64,000 bases of DNA, from NCBI RefSeq assembly GCF_000143415.4, contig NW_003314290.1:310001-374000 (forward strand), in the 5' to 3' direction. The first letter of the stretch is position 1, and each line of letters begins with the position of its first letter. Shown piece after piece: positions 39,669 through 53,021 of this stretch. Origin of the DNA: Selaginella moellendorffii. Its lineage: Eukaryota; Plantae; Lycopodiophyta. Below the pieces are notes generated by a model. It was given only the letters and a program-made list of their open reading frames with translations. It was not told where the DNA came from and searched no databases. A program made the translations under genes and the position numbers.

Positions 39669-42600
39669 GTGATCCGCAACGACACCGGTATAGTTGCATA
39701 CTCGGAGTTTCTTCTTTCTGGTGTGGGCGAGGGTGGACAACAATGGGATTTACAAAATTCCAAGTCGAAGGAGATTCAAGTGTTTGGATCTCCAGTCAAA
39801 ATACCAAAATGCGCTCCAGCGAAAGTGAATGTGAAGCAAGAGTCAGTCTTTATCCTCTCGTCCTCTTCTAGTTCAAGTGAAGATGTCATGCTAGTGTCGG
39901 CGCCAAATTCACCAGCTCCAGCTCCAACTTCAGCAATATTTAAAGCCGTTAGCAATGCTTTCCAATTTTCACGCCTCTCAATCGACATGCACTTGTTTTT
40001 GTATAGGCTTGTGAGTGAGCTTCCATCCTCCTACAATGGCAACATTTTCTTCGAGCTACCACCTCTTGTCAGCAGCACAGGTTCCAAACGGAAGGGGATG
40101 GAAACCAAGCAGGATGTCCACAATTGGTGCAAGATCAAGACCACACACTTTCAACATTTTGAAGGCACAGTGTCTATAGTTCATTGTGGCGGGCATTTAG
40201 ATTGTGTGGATGAAGCATGCAATCGAGACCGCTCTAGAAACTCTATATTTTTTGAAGGGTCTGCAGTCAATCCTCCAGCCTGTGACACCATTGCTGTTGG
40301 ATTCAAATGTCGATTCTGCAAAAATGCTCCTCTATGTCGTGCTATCTGCGAGGCCAAGATGTACTACTTTCTTCCACGGGATGGAGTGGCTGGAAGAGCT
40401 GCAGTGCATGTTGGCACACATATGCATCCAATGCAGGAAGGGATACAAAGGAGTTCTCTCAACCGTTTCAAAGATGTTGTACAGGAAGAGACTATGAGAA
40501 ACTCATCTGCAACTCCGAAGCATATTCAGAATACCGTCCTCAAGGATTTTATCGCAAATACCTTACTCAATCCAGGTTGCCAAAAGACTCAACTAAACGA
40601 GGCTAGCTTGCGGGACTTACTACGAGGAGTACAACCTGCTACTAGCCTAAGGAGGTACATCCATTATTTTACATACGTTATAATAATAATTTTTTCTTAC
40701 ATTATATTGTTTAGGATAAAATCTTGGATGTGTGAATCTCGAGAGGGGAAGTTGCAATCAAAAATTGACTCCATCCTTGAATTGAAACGGACCTGTCCAT
40801 ACGAGTTCATCCACGGAAGTTTGTTTCCAGACCAAGTTGTGAATGAGCAAGAGCGCCCCTTCGTCTTCAAAATGTCTACCATGGGCCCTGCCTCTGGTGT
40901 AGATCTTGTCTCCCGAATGGACATGTTTGGGTCCAGTGACCTTGCAAATGCATTTGACCATATGGAGCGTGTATCCAGTTGGACAACCATGGGAGCTCAT
41001 GTGTATGATCCAAGGTAATTTTTATTCTCATTATATTGAAATTGTTATAATATTTATGTTTTCATAGGCTACGTTGTAACTTAACAATTGCGACAGCAGA
41101 GTTTAAAGTACAAGACCAGACAGCACAGGAAATATTTTGGAAGTCCCTCTCTGATATTGTCCTAAAGCGGACTGGTAAGCCGGCAAACTTTCGTGGTTTC
41201 ATGGCAGATGGGGCTGGTGCAAACTGGAATGGTATCTGAGCAGTTTTTGGGAATGGTCAACCATTGGAAGGTCGTGAGAGGACTTGTGAGTTCCATTGGG
41301 CTCAAAGCCTAAACCAGCACTGCCACCTTATCAAGCCAGAGTTTCAATCAATATTTAAGGAGTTGTGCAAACAATGGCAGGTTGCACCTTCTGAAGAAGA
41401 GCATGAGGCAAAAGTAAACGAGATCCGAATGTGGTGGCGTGAAGATGGCCATACAGACGTAAGTTGCCTACCACAACTTGAGTCATGGTTAGGATGGTGG
41501 GAAGTTAGGATGTTCCAATGGGGACATCACTCTTTTCAGGTTGGTTTATATTTTTTCTTCTCCTTTTATTACCTTTTAATATTGCCTTTTCCATTAGGAT
41601 CAACCACTTGAGGACCTCGCATACACCCCAACTGTGAATCTCTCCGAAAGTAAGCATTGGAGTTGGCGTTCCTCTGAGGCAGGGAAAGGGAAGATGAGCC
41701 TATACGAAGCCTGTCTATCAGATTTGATACGTGCTATAGAGCAATCTTCAAAAGCACTGGCATTCGAGGAAGGAAGATACATGGGAACAGGGCCTTCTGT
41801 TGAGATGTTACATGATAGGATGAAGAGAAAATTAACTCCACCCGCCCGAACAGTGGCAACTGCAGTTGAGGAAGTGGTCCATGGCACATCTATGGAGTAC
41901 ACTCCCCGAGCTTCTATTGGTGATATGAAGACTGTCCGCTCAAAGCGTCGTTTTTCCTTTGCTGGGGAAGATGTTGGTACGGACCTTGGAGCAAAAAGCT
42001 CCCACAGGCCTAATGTCGAGTACCATTCTGCTCCAAGACACCGCTCTCGGACTGAGCCACCTCAAGTGGCTGATGAAGAGAGTGCATCGCAACAGGTTGA
42101 AATTGCTTACCATAACGTGGAGCCGAAGCAATGGGCAATTCGACGTGTGCCAGCAAAATCAAATGTAAGGTGTGTGGGGATGCTTCCGAGGGGCAAGTGT
42201 TGGGCCTGGATTCGTGGTGAAAAATCTGCTTCTGTTCCAGCCCCATGTTTCTATGGGGAACGAAAGCAAGCAGGATTTTCAAGATGGTGCTGGCTATATT
42301 GTTGCAACACCGACACCAACCATACGAAGCGGCTTGAAGACACTATAGTGACTAAACCTGATGCAGTACCTAAAGAATGGCCAGTTGTTAATGGGGTCGC
42401 GCTCACCTCGGATGAGATTGAAAACCTTGAGAAATCTGGTTTTAATCTTGAGAGGAGAGTTGGAGACATGAGTGACAGAAGCAGGACTATTCCTACAGAG
42501 ATGCACAGGAGGCCAGCACGAAAAGGTAAAGCAGTTAAATTTATTGGTACCGTCTCCAAGCAGAAGCAAGGTAAAATAAACTTGGCTCAAACACTTGAGT

Positions 42601-42875
42601 GTGAGATTCTCTCTACGAAGTACATCACTGCGCTTGCAAAGGAGTACATAGTCAAAACAGAAGGTGGAGAGTACACAATTGCCATTCACGACTTTCCTTC
42701 TTGCACATGTCCAGACTTTACAAAGCGCGAAGAACATGGGAAGGCATATGCTCCTTGCAAGCATATGTACTACATCTTCATCAACATCTTGCACCAAGAT
42801 CCTAAAGTGGATATTCATATATACCAAGCAAGCCTTACTATTGCTGAGTTGCAGAAAACTTTTGGAGCTAATTAG
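39669..42875 (+). pseudogene. MULE transposase (GCM/WRKY-like Zn domain, DDE core, SWIM finger), spliced, with a premature TGA at 41237; start uncertain
   Basis: C-rich N-domain ending VGTHMHP; AFDH, FMADG, RTCEFHW (CxxH), NLSES; SWIM CTCPDF...CKH. Introns at ~40655-40713, 41014-41067 and 41540-41597. Confidence 0.88.
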
Positions 42876-42966
42876 ATTTCTCCAACATTATCGATGTTTA
42901 TTCTCTATCAATAAAACTTATTATACTTTATATAATTAATACAAATGTGCTTTTTCATTTCACTTT

Positions 42967-43266
42967 TCATTTTATATGCTTCCGAGTGTTCTTCTCGCAA
43001 TACTGCCCATAGTACTCGTGTGTCTCCATTTCTGTCTTTACCATCTCAAAAAAGATTTCATGGTAGTCTTTCGGGTGCGTGATGTTGCAGTGTGTCGCAA
43101 GAGCATATATACCATCATACTGATCATTGCCATTGTTTCCACCAGACGCTAGAAAACATATGGGGCACTTCTTGAAAGTGGCAGAACTGCACTTTTCTAA
43201 AACAAGTAAGAGGGCATTCTTTTTCACCCAATTTGTTGCACCCTCTGTCATTGCATTTATCTCCAA
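42967..43266 (-). CDS. MULE cargo: second zf-XS-like zinc-finger protein; 5' end uncertain, possibly frameshifted
   Basis: CPICFLASGGNNGNDQYDGIYALATHCNITHPKDYHEIFFEMVKTEM; retained in three decayed copies of the element. Confidence 0.6.
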   Translation of the reverse strand: MEINAMTEGATNWVKKNALLLVLEKCSSATFKKCPICFLASGGNNGNDQYDGIYALATHCNITHPKDYHEIFFEMVKTEMETHEYYGQYCEKNTRKHIK

Positions 43267-44713
43267 CTCATGATCACTATCTCACTATCCTCTCTTTCAT
43301 TTTCTTGTGTGATTTGGTTATGCTGTGCAATGGGATAGTTATTGTATCTCCTAGCCCTTGAGCCCTGGGAAGAAAGATTGTGAGAGTTAAAATTACCAAC
43401 ACTAGAACCCATAAACATTTGTGGGTGTATTTCCCTTTTTTCGAATGAGAGTGTGAATGAAGATCTATAAATTCTAGACAGTATGCTACGACAAACCCCT
43501 CAAGAATGTATTCTACAAAGAACCAAGTCTTTCTTTTATATGCAATAAGCTTACATCAACGGTTATTTTTTTTCCTTTCAAACGGTTATATGGTTTCACA
43601 TAGAATCTTATTTCAAATTTAATAATTTTTTAATTCTGACAAACCTAACATTTACTAGCCAGAAAGCATAGAGTACAAATTTAAAGAAGTGACAAGAATA
43701 CTCTTTTTTCAAACATTTTATTTTATGTTCTAACAAATGTCCCTATCATTGCATGTAGTAAATATTTAAATTATTAGAAAAAAATGTGTTCTTTAGAACA
43801 TTTTTATCTATATAATATATAGAGAGTTATTAAATTATTAGGTTCACCATAACCTTAAAATTTTAAAATTTATAATGTTTGTACTAAATTACAATTGAAA
43901 ATTGAGCTCAACTCATGAGCTCAACTCTTTAACTCGTGAGCTCAAGTATGGTCCGCGCCCAATGAACTCTATCCCTTAGCTTGCTAAGGCCTTTCATTTT
44001 GCAAGCTTTTTAATTGCTATATGGTCTAACATGCACAATTCTATGCTTTAGACTTTCCATGGCACTATGGTTGCTAGTAATAACATGCTCAAATGCCCAC
44101 TTGATTCTCCACTCCCAACTTGCATAACCATCATTGGTTTTATCCTTTGATTTCTATGGTTCAGTTTTATCCCTTTACTATTTGCTTTTGGCCTCACACA
44201 TTTCTTTTAGTTGTTCTCCTCTAGACTAGGAGGATAGCTTTGCACTTTTTACCATGCCTTACCAAGTATTCATAGGGATGAACCTACCTGATAGATTAGG
44301 GAGTGGTTCTTCAATCCGGACATGCTTACCTTATAATCCTATATACCAGGATTAATGTTGCTACTTATGGGTATTTATATGCCCATCACTAGCCTTGCCA
44401 AAATCCCATTTTTTGCTTTGTCTAATTTGGGAAGACAAACTTCTCCCTTCTCCACAACCTTGGACATTTGGATAGCACCTTCTATCTATCATTCGCTAAA
44501 GACTTAGTCCTTTGCGCTTTATCTATTGCCCTTACGACACCAAACACCACCTTTTGGTATTCTAAAGTGTTTGGGTGTCTCAATGATGGCCTCTTTAACA
44601 ATAAACATTCCCTTTACAACATTGACTTACTATATCACAATATAAGCAATTTATCCCCCATAAAGGTATATCTAACTTCTTTATCCTATTAAAAAATTTT
44701 GGGTAGTTACCTT

Positions 44714-45212
44714 TGAGCACGGACCATACTTGAGCTCACGAGATGAAGAATTGAGTTCACGAGTTGAGCTCAATTTTCAATTGTAATTTAGTATAAACAT
44801 TATAAACTTTAAAAATTTTAAGGTTATGGCAAACCTAATAATTTCATAACTCTCTATATATTATATAGATAAAAATGTTCTAAAGAACACTTCTTGTTCT
44901 AATAATTTAAATATTTACTATATACAATGATAGGGATGTTTGTTAAAACATAAAATAAAATGTTTGCAAAAAGAGTATTCTTGTCACTTCTTTAAATTTT
45001 GACTCTGTGCTTTCTGGCTAGTAAATGTCAAGTTTGTTAGAATTTTAAAATTATTAAATTTGAATTAAGATTCTATATAAGGCTATATAACCATTTGAAA
45101 GGAAAAAAAATCAACTATGATGGTACATATGCTCTCACAACACATTGCAACATCATGCACCTGAAAAACTACCATGAAATATTTTTTAAGATGGTAAAGA
45201 CAAAAATGGAAA
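44714..45212 (-). mobile_element. Inverted right-end fragment of the MULE family
   Basis: gagcacggaccatacttgagctcacgag matches the reverse complement of the 43960 terminus. Confidence 0.9.
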
Positions 45213-47469
45213 CACGACACCAAACACCACCTCCTAGTGTTTTAGAGTGTTTGGGTGTCCTAATGATAGCTTTTTTGACGATGAGCATTCTCTTTTACAA
45301 CATTGACTTACTATATCGCAATATAAGCAATTTATCCCCCATATGGGTATATCTAACTTTTGTATGCCATTAAAAAGTCTTGTTTAATCAATTATTTTGC
45401 ACCTTTTGCTTATTTGTTTCATAGTTGTCAAGTCCTACAACTCATTGCTAGTGCTTCCACACCTCCATCATTATTTGGGTCACCACACTCCAACTGCATG
45501 CCTTTTAGCTTAGGTATGCCATTCCCATTTCCATTAGGATTCCTTTGGGAAGGGGTTCTCATGATGAGAACCTGCTAACTTGACCTCAAGGCATCATGCC
45601 TTGGCACATTCGGTGTCTCCACACTATCGGTTCCACGAGTCTACCTTTATAACACTTCTTACTTGTTTTTAGATCCTTACTAAGACCAATATAGTTGTTT
45701 CTCATGCCAACTATTCGTTAGCACTACATTATAGAGTTTACACACCATTTTGTGTCAAAGTTGTTTTCTTCTGGAAACACCTTTCCCATGACTTTAGTAT
45801 GGCATATTCTACCATCAATGAAATACCCACTATTCTCATACTTGAATTGTATGATCCTCCCCATCTTTCATGGAGCACAGCACACTTCAGTCCAAATGCT
45901 TTTTACCAATCCTTTAGCGCTATTCCTTAACTCTACTTGAGTCATCCAGCATTTTTGGAATTTGCTAATTTAATGACCCGTAAAGTCTTATTTTTGAGGT
46001 GCTAGCTCAATGGATTACAACTTTGTGTATTCATGTCCTCATAAGGACCATCTTTGCAAGTGTTATTCCAACAGTTGATTATTTTCCATTTTCTGTGGGC
46101 TATCTTTGCCCCTTGGGACTATTCGTCCCTATGATGAGAATACCGACTCATCCTCTAAGTATAGCCCAACTCCTTAGGTTTGTTCTATCATTATAAAAGG
46201 TAATCCTAGCTATTATTTCAAGGACTCGTGTCCTCATTCGTATTTTAACCTTTCACGGTCATTAATTCCAGTCTCAAATTCATGAGCACCAGCCTCAACT
46301 ATATAAGGATAATATTGTGACTCCTTTATTATTTTGGAGTCTTTATTTTTCGCATGATCCCAATTATAGTTGTTTACCACAACTATATTTACTAGCTTTC
46401 TTAGTCAATTGCTTATCTGGATCACATCCTCAACTCTTTAAGGAAAACTTTATACTGTTCCCAAGATCCCAAAATCGTTCCATTATTGACCCCTTTCTAT
46501 CCACCATTTCACCTACAAGTTCATATACAAACTGTAGTGGAGAGTCATGTCTTCCTGACTTGCTACTCCTCAAGGATAGGCCCACTCCTAGGACTTTGCG
46601 ATGCCAACACCAGTAGTGATATAATTGAGCACCAATAAAAGTCAGACCAAGGAACAACTCCAATACTAAATTGTAAGTGAGTAAATTTTCTATTCCACTT
46701 TAGTCACTTAACCACACCTTCGATCACTTGGAGGAGTCTCACTTATAACCTCTATAATTCCTATTCCAGACCTAGGGACTTGATAGCCCCAAAAATGGCA
46801 CAAAGGAAGCCCACAGATATGGGGAATATCCTTCCCCAATATCCTTTTTCCAATCCCCACCAAGTCCCTTTCTATCCATGGCCGTGTTTGCCAACACTGC
46901 CATTGGATCAAGGCCCATAGGCCCGACCACTAGTCCCTTTGTTCTCTAGGACTTCCTTGTCATGTGACCATATCCTTGGTCACTACACCAAAGGACTACT
47001 CCTTTTCCTTTCCACCATCTAGCACTCTAGGACAACATTTCGGAACATCATGACCCTACGCAGGCCTTGTGGATACTCTCTCTGCCTTCCACTTTTGGGT
47101 TCTCTAGCCATAGGCTTAGAGCGAGGTTCCGTTAAGCCACGCCAGATATCCAAGTAGGTAGTGCCACCCATGCTTGGATTGGGAGCATCGACCATTTGAT
47201 CTCTTGGGGGAACTAGAGCTAGCTCTTGAACACTTCACCAAGTTACCTCAATTGTCGGTCCGTATTCACTCTAGCTTTGGACTTCCCAATGGTCATCTCA
47301 TCACCCAACAGCTGGGTATGGCTTTCCTGGGCCAAACTGGCCTTTCCTGGCTAAACTAGCTCCACTGGGTTTCAACCCCCACATTCTCCCTATTATACTT
47401 TTGGAACCCCTTATAGCCCCCCCCTAGGGGATGATCGCTTTGGGCTTTCTCCCAACAACTTGTATTAGT

Positions 47470-47905
47470 ATTCAGACTCAGACTTAGACTTGAACTCGGA
47501 CTTGGACTCGAGCTCGAACTCAGTCTCGGTCTCAATTTCGGACTCGAACTAGGTCTTGGTCTCAGTCTGGGTCTCGGTTCCATCTCGGACTCCATCTCGG
47601 GTCCATCTCAAACTCCATCTTGGGCTCCATCTCGGACTCCATCTCGGGTCCATCTCGGACTCTATCTCAAGTCTATCTCGGACTCCATCTCGGGTCCATC
47701 TCGGACTCTATCTCAAGTCTATCTCGGACTCCATCTCAAGTCCATCTCGGACCCCATCTTGGGCTCCATCTCGGACTCCATCTCGGGTCCATCTCAGACT
47801 CTATCTCAAGTCTATCTCGGACTCCATCTTGGGTCCATCTTGGACTCCATCTCAGACTCCATCTCGGGTCCATCTCGGACTCCTTCTTGGACTCCATCTT
47901 AGACA
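47470..47905. repeat. 12-bp minisatellite, second copy
   Basis: ccatctcggact units, directly visible. Confidence 0.92.
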
Positions 47906-50900
47906 CTTCCACGTGTCATGTGTTGGTCCTCTTGTCCCTTTTCTAGAGACTCACTTTTTGCTTGCTTTGTGCTTGTTCCTCGAGCACTTCATTGGGAGTT
48001 CCACTCCTGCTCTCAACTTTTTGAGTTGGAAATTTTAGTCCAAATGTGTTACTCCCGTTTGGCTTCCGCTTTAGCCACTACCATGTGGCACCCTTTTGGC
48101 TCCACTTTTGGGGTTTTGGGATTTGTGTTGCACAAAAGGGAGAAAACCATGTGCACTACAACTCATAAGTATATCAAATGAAAAGTATGTTTTTTAATTA
48201 ATTATATAAAGTATACTAATTTTGTGCAGACAAAGACAATGAGAAATTCTTTTGCAATTCTGAAGAATGTTCAAAAGACAATGCTCAAGGATTTTATTAC
48301 AAGCACTCTACTCAATCTAGGTTGCAAGAAGACTCAACTGGACAAGGCTAGTTTGCAGTACTTACTACGACACGTGCAACTTACAACTAACCTTAGAAGG
48401 TAAGAAAATAATATTATATACTTCACAATAATATCTCTCTTACATTTTGTTTTATATAGGATAAAACCTTGGATGTGTGAATCTTGAGAGGGGAACTTAC
48501 AATCAAAAATTAATTGTATCCTTCAACTAAAATGGATCTATCTCTACGAGTTTATCCATAAGAGTTTATTTCCAGATCAAGTTGTTAATGAGCAAGAGTG
48601 CCCCTTTCTCTTCAAGATGTCTATTATAGGCTTTGCCTCTAATGTAAATCTTGTCTCTCGAATGGATATATCTAGGTCAAGTGACCTTGCTAATGCATGG
48701 GTATATTTTGAACACATGGAGCTAGTATCGGGTTAGATAACCATGAGAGCTCATATATATAATCTGAAGTAGTTATTTTTCTCATTATTTTAAAATGGTT
48801 TTAAACATTGGCCTTTTCACAAACTGCATTTCAACTTGAGTAGAGTTTAAAGTACAAGACCATATGACTTAGGAAATATTTTGGAAGTCCCTCTCGAATA
48901 TTATGCTAAAGCAAACTAATAAGTTTGCCAACTTTTGTGGTTTTATAGTGGATAGGGCTAGAGCTAATTAGAATGGTTTTGGCTATATCTAAGAAAGGAT
49001 CTTTCAAGGTTTTGGGAATGGTCAACCTGTAAAAGATCGTGATAGGACTTGTGAGTTCTATTGGGCTTAAAGCCTAAACCACCATTACCACCTTATCAAG
49101 CTAGATTTTTAGTTAACATTTAAAGAGTTGTGCAAATAATAACAGACTGCACCTTCTAAAGAAGAGCATGAGGCAAAAGCAAATGAGATTCAATTGTGGT
49201 GGCATAAAAATGGCCATATAGACACAAGTTGTTTACCATAACTTGAGTCATGGTTGGGGTGGTGGGAAGTTAAGATGTTCTAGTGGGGATATCACTCTCT
49301 TCATATTGGTTTTTTTTTTTTTTTTTTTTACCTTTTAATATTATCTTTTCATTATAACCAACCACTTGAGGATCTCACATACACCCTAATTATGAATCTC
49401 TCTGAGAGTAAGTATTGGAGTTGGCATTCCTCTGAGGTAGGAAAAAGGAAGTTGAGTCTATACAAAGCATGTTTATTGGATTTGATACATATTATAAAGC
49501 AATCTTGAAAAGCTTTAACATTTGAGGAAGGAAGATACATGGGAACAGGGCATTCTATTGAAATGTTACATGATTAAATGAAGAAGTAACTCCACCTACA
49601 TATATAATGGGAACTATAGTGGAGGAAGTGGTCTATGGCACATTTACTCCTTGCCTCTTATGTATCTTTATAGGAATAGTGTTAGTTTTGTGACTCATAT
49701 CTCCAACTTTCCTCCTTTGAAGATTGAAGCAAAATTTCTTAAGGTTTTCAATCTCATCTGAGGTGAGCATAACCCTATTAACAATTGGCCATTCTTTAGA
49801 TATTGCATCAGGTTTTGTCACTATAGTGTCTTCAAGCTGCTTCATATGGTTAGCATTGGTGTTACAGTAATACAACTAACATCATTTCAAAAATCCTGCT
49901 TACTTTTATTCCATATGGAAACATAGGGTTGGAATATAAGTAAATTTGTCACTATGGATCCAAGCTCAATATTTGCCCCTTATAAACATTTTGTACCATC
50001 TCCAAGGTAAAATAAACTTAGCTTAAACTCTTGAGTGTAAAATTCTCTCCATGAAATATATCATTGCACTTATAAAGGAGTACATTGTGAAAACAAAATA
50101 TGAAGAGTACTCAATTACCATTTAAGATTTTCCTTCTTGCATATGTTTAGACTTTACGAAGCATGAGGAATATGGAATGGCATATACTCCTTACATACTA
50201 TATCTTCATCGACACTTTATACAAGGATCCTAAAGTGGATATTCATATTCTATCAATAATATAAACTTATTATACTTTATATAATTAATAAAAAAAACAT
50301 ACTTTTCATTTGATATATTATAAGTGTTCTTTTTGCAATATTGCCCATAATACTTCTGTATCTCTATTTCTATCCTTACCATCTCAAAAGATATTTCATG
50401 GTAGTCTTTCGGGTGCATGATGTTGTAGTGTGTCGTGAGAGCATATATATTATTATACTAATCATCACTTTGTTTCCACTGACCAGAAAACATATAAGGC
50501 ATCTTTTGAAAGTCACAAAATTGCAATTTTCTAAATAAGTAAGAGAATATTCTTTTTTACCCAATTTGTTATACCCTTTGTCATTGCATTTCTTTTCAAC
50601 TTATGATCATTATCCTCACTATCCTTTTTTTCATTCTTTTATATGGTTTGATTATGTTGTGCAATGGGACAATTATTGCAACTTTTAACCCTTGAATTTG
50701 GGAAAAAATATTGCAAGACTTAAAATTACTAACACTAGAATTTATAAACATTTGTGTGTATTCCCCTTTCTTCAAATAAGAGTGTAAGTGAAGATCTATA
50801 AATTTTAGACATTATGATATGACAAACCTCTCAAGAGTGTATTCTAGAGAAATGCTCTATTTCGTTAAAGTGGGATTTATTCAGTAAAATGGGACTAGGT

Positions 50901-51572
50901 ACAAATTTTCAAGTATTTGAAAATGACATGAAATTATATGTTTTTTGTCCAGGGGCTAGACATATCTGGGGCATGGTGACTAGCGCGGTGACTTTATGTC
51001 CAGACTGAGTCCATCTGGTTGTATAATAAATCTCATTGTCAAGGTGAACAAGCCGAATCTGAAGCTAAAGAAGAGCGATGGCATATGCGCACACACTATT
51101 TGTTTGTTCATTGAGCGTGTGGTGAGCTTTCCAAGATGAATGTCATTCCTATTAGCCAGACATATAACTTAATGGTGAGAACATTTAGATATTATTCAAT
51201 GTTATCTTTTTCTAACGAATCTAATTGTGAAGGTGTAGCAAGAGGCATTGCTAGTCTGGAGAAGTCATTTAACTCATTTGACCCTTAGTGTATTTTCATG
51301 AAACTAAATAACATTCATATTATTAAGGAATTTCTCTAGTACCTTTTTTTTATGACATAGAGGCTTGCATTTCTTTCAAAGGTGATTTAGTAAAAGACCT
51401 GAGGGCACATGCCATTCTATTTCTCAGACCGGTATTAAGATATACTAGTGCAAAGGGAAAAAGGTATTTGGTGATCAAGTAAATGGCATGAGGGCACACG
51501 CCATTATAAGCTTAAGCGCTAGTGGACACCTCCTTTTTGGTACTCTCAGGTGTACTATCATCCTTCTCCGGG

Positions 51573-53021
51573 TCATGTGTTTTGCTTTGGAATGTTGTCT
51601 CTGACGTTACTGGGGCGTTCTCGATAGTTGGCACTCTGCTTCCGCATCCAACCATGCACAACATTATCCACCGNNNNNNNNNNNNNNNNNNNNNNNNNNN
51701 NNNNNNNNNNNNNNNNNNNNNNNNNNNNNNNNNNNNNNNNNNNNNNNNNNNNNNNNNNNNNNNNNNNNNNNNNNNNNGAGTTAGTTTCCGCGTCCTCCTC
51801 TGCATCAGTGATGCAGCGCCCCACCCATATCATTTGTTTTTTATTACTGGGTCTGACAAGCACGACCATTCCTTTGCAGACCTGTACTGGATTGAATGCT
51901 GAATCCGGCTTCTTGTTCCTCGGCCCACAATAGTGATCCTCAACATCGTTATCTGTCACTGCATTTCCAGAGGACATTGTTCCGCTACTATCTGGTGCTC
52001 TAGGTTCTGGCCAAAAGGACTCTTCCAATTCTTCATATACAACCGACCCATTTTGGATAGCAGATATAATCTTCTCCCAGTATTCGAGCAAAGGCTTGCA
52101 CCTCTGAAAATAGGATTCTCCACCAAACACCAACCCCCTCTTCCAGAAGGCAATATGCTGTCTAATCCCGGCCACTATACTTTCCTGGTCTTTGAGTCCA
52201 TCCGGGTGCATCGGCCGTGGGGAACCCTGAGGAATCATAGGTTCCCCAGTTATGGGATCTCTCTTGAAGAGTTCAATGCCGTCCACTGGCAGCCACACTG
52301 TGTCCCATTCTCTTATCTTGTACCTCATCACTGGAGCACCGTCACACATGCTGAAATGAAACTGAAGAGGCTTGGAGTGGCCAATCAGCGTTTCGGATCC
52401 GTCCCTGATGTAGCCTCTTACAAACCCCTTAAAGTTTGGAACCTCTGTCAGAAGTGCAGCTTCAATAGTGCCTTTGATGCAATTTTGGAATTCATCGTAG
52501 AGTTGTGGGAGGGTGAGGACATTGGATCGCCGGAGGGACTCTGCCAGGTGACTGAACATGGCATCAACGTCTTCATGAGTGTGCCCAACCATGAGAAAGC
52601 CAAGTGTAACCGTTTCAAATATGCCTTTGGCAACAAGCATCGCCAAGTACGCGAAGACGTACATGTTTTTGTTCTCACTGCCAGCATTGTCTGTTTGGAG
52701 CAGAAGATGGGGTGGAAGGCCACATCGGCCGCAAGAACTTCCTTGAGATTCTGCTTCGTTTGGATGAGGCTGTGCATTCACCGGGCGACCAGCCTCATCG
52801 GAATGGCATGAGGCCTCACATGATAACCCTACAATCTGATGGCCAACATATTCACTGGGATGGCATGGGGCCCCACGCGATACTGCAAGCCTTTGCTCCT
52901 CCTCCAGCTGAACCCTGTATGGGGTTCGATCGACAAGGGCCTTACGCAAGGGTTGGCCGTTCAGCTCAGTCTGCGCACTTTGCAGAGACCTTAAGTGTTT
53001 TGCTAGGGACGCAATCATCAT
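51573..53021 (-). CDS. DDD/E transposase, C-terminal half (Sola1/DUF7869-type); N-terminus lies in the gap
   Basis: LLLQTDNAGSENKN...FETVTLGFLMVGHTHEDVDAMFS; C-terminal beta-rich domain GMVVLVRP...IWVGRC. Confidence 0.85.
   Translation of the reverse strand: MMIASLAKHLRSLQSAQTELNGQPLRKALVDRTPYRVQLEEEQRLAVSRGAPCHPSEYVGHQIVGLSCEASCHSDEAGRPVNAQPHPNEAESQGSSCGRCGLPPHLLLQTDNAGSENKNMYVFAYLAMLVAKGIFETVTLGFLMVGHTHEDVDAMFSHLAESLRRSNVLTLPQLYDEFQNCIKGTIEAALLTEVPNFKGFVRGYIRDGSETLIGHSKPLQFHFSMCDGAPVMRYKIREWDTVWLPVDGIELFKRDPITGEPMIPQGSPRPMHPDGLKDQESIVAGIRQHIAFWKRGLVFGGESYFQRCKPLLEYWEKIISAIQNGSVVYEELEESFWPEPRAPDSSGTMSSGNAVTDNDVEDHYCGPRNKKPDSAFNPVQVCKGMVVLVRPSNKKQMIWVGRCITDAEEDAETNXXXXXXXXXXXXXXXXXXXXXXXXXXXXXXXXXXXXVDNVVHGWMRKQSANYRERPSNVRDNIPKQNT

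Larger units (their letters stand above)
32121..43960 (+). mobile_element. Mutator-like (MULE) DNA transposon, ~11.8 kb, with cargo genes
   Basis: 8-bp TSD AATGAACT (32113-32120 and 43961-43968). Imperfect TIRs: GGGGATGGTCCAAAGTTGAG...TTGAGCTCATGAGTTGAGCTCAATT vs reverse complement GGGCGCGGACCATACTTGAG...TTGAGCTCATGAGTTGAGCTCAATT. MULE/SWIM transposase inside. Confidence 0.93.
43961..48130 (+). mobile_element. Decayed L1-like LINE sequence (3' part, plus a second copy from ~46670)
   Basis: RT C-terminal-like remnants (LSFAKDLVLCALSI). 46683-48130 is homologous to 28497-30160. A ~165-bp duplication at 44533-44697 / 45213-45376. Confidence 0.5.
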
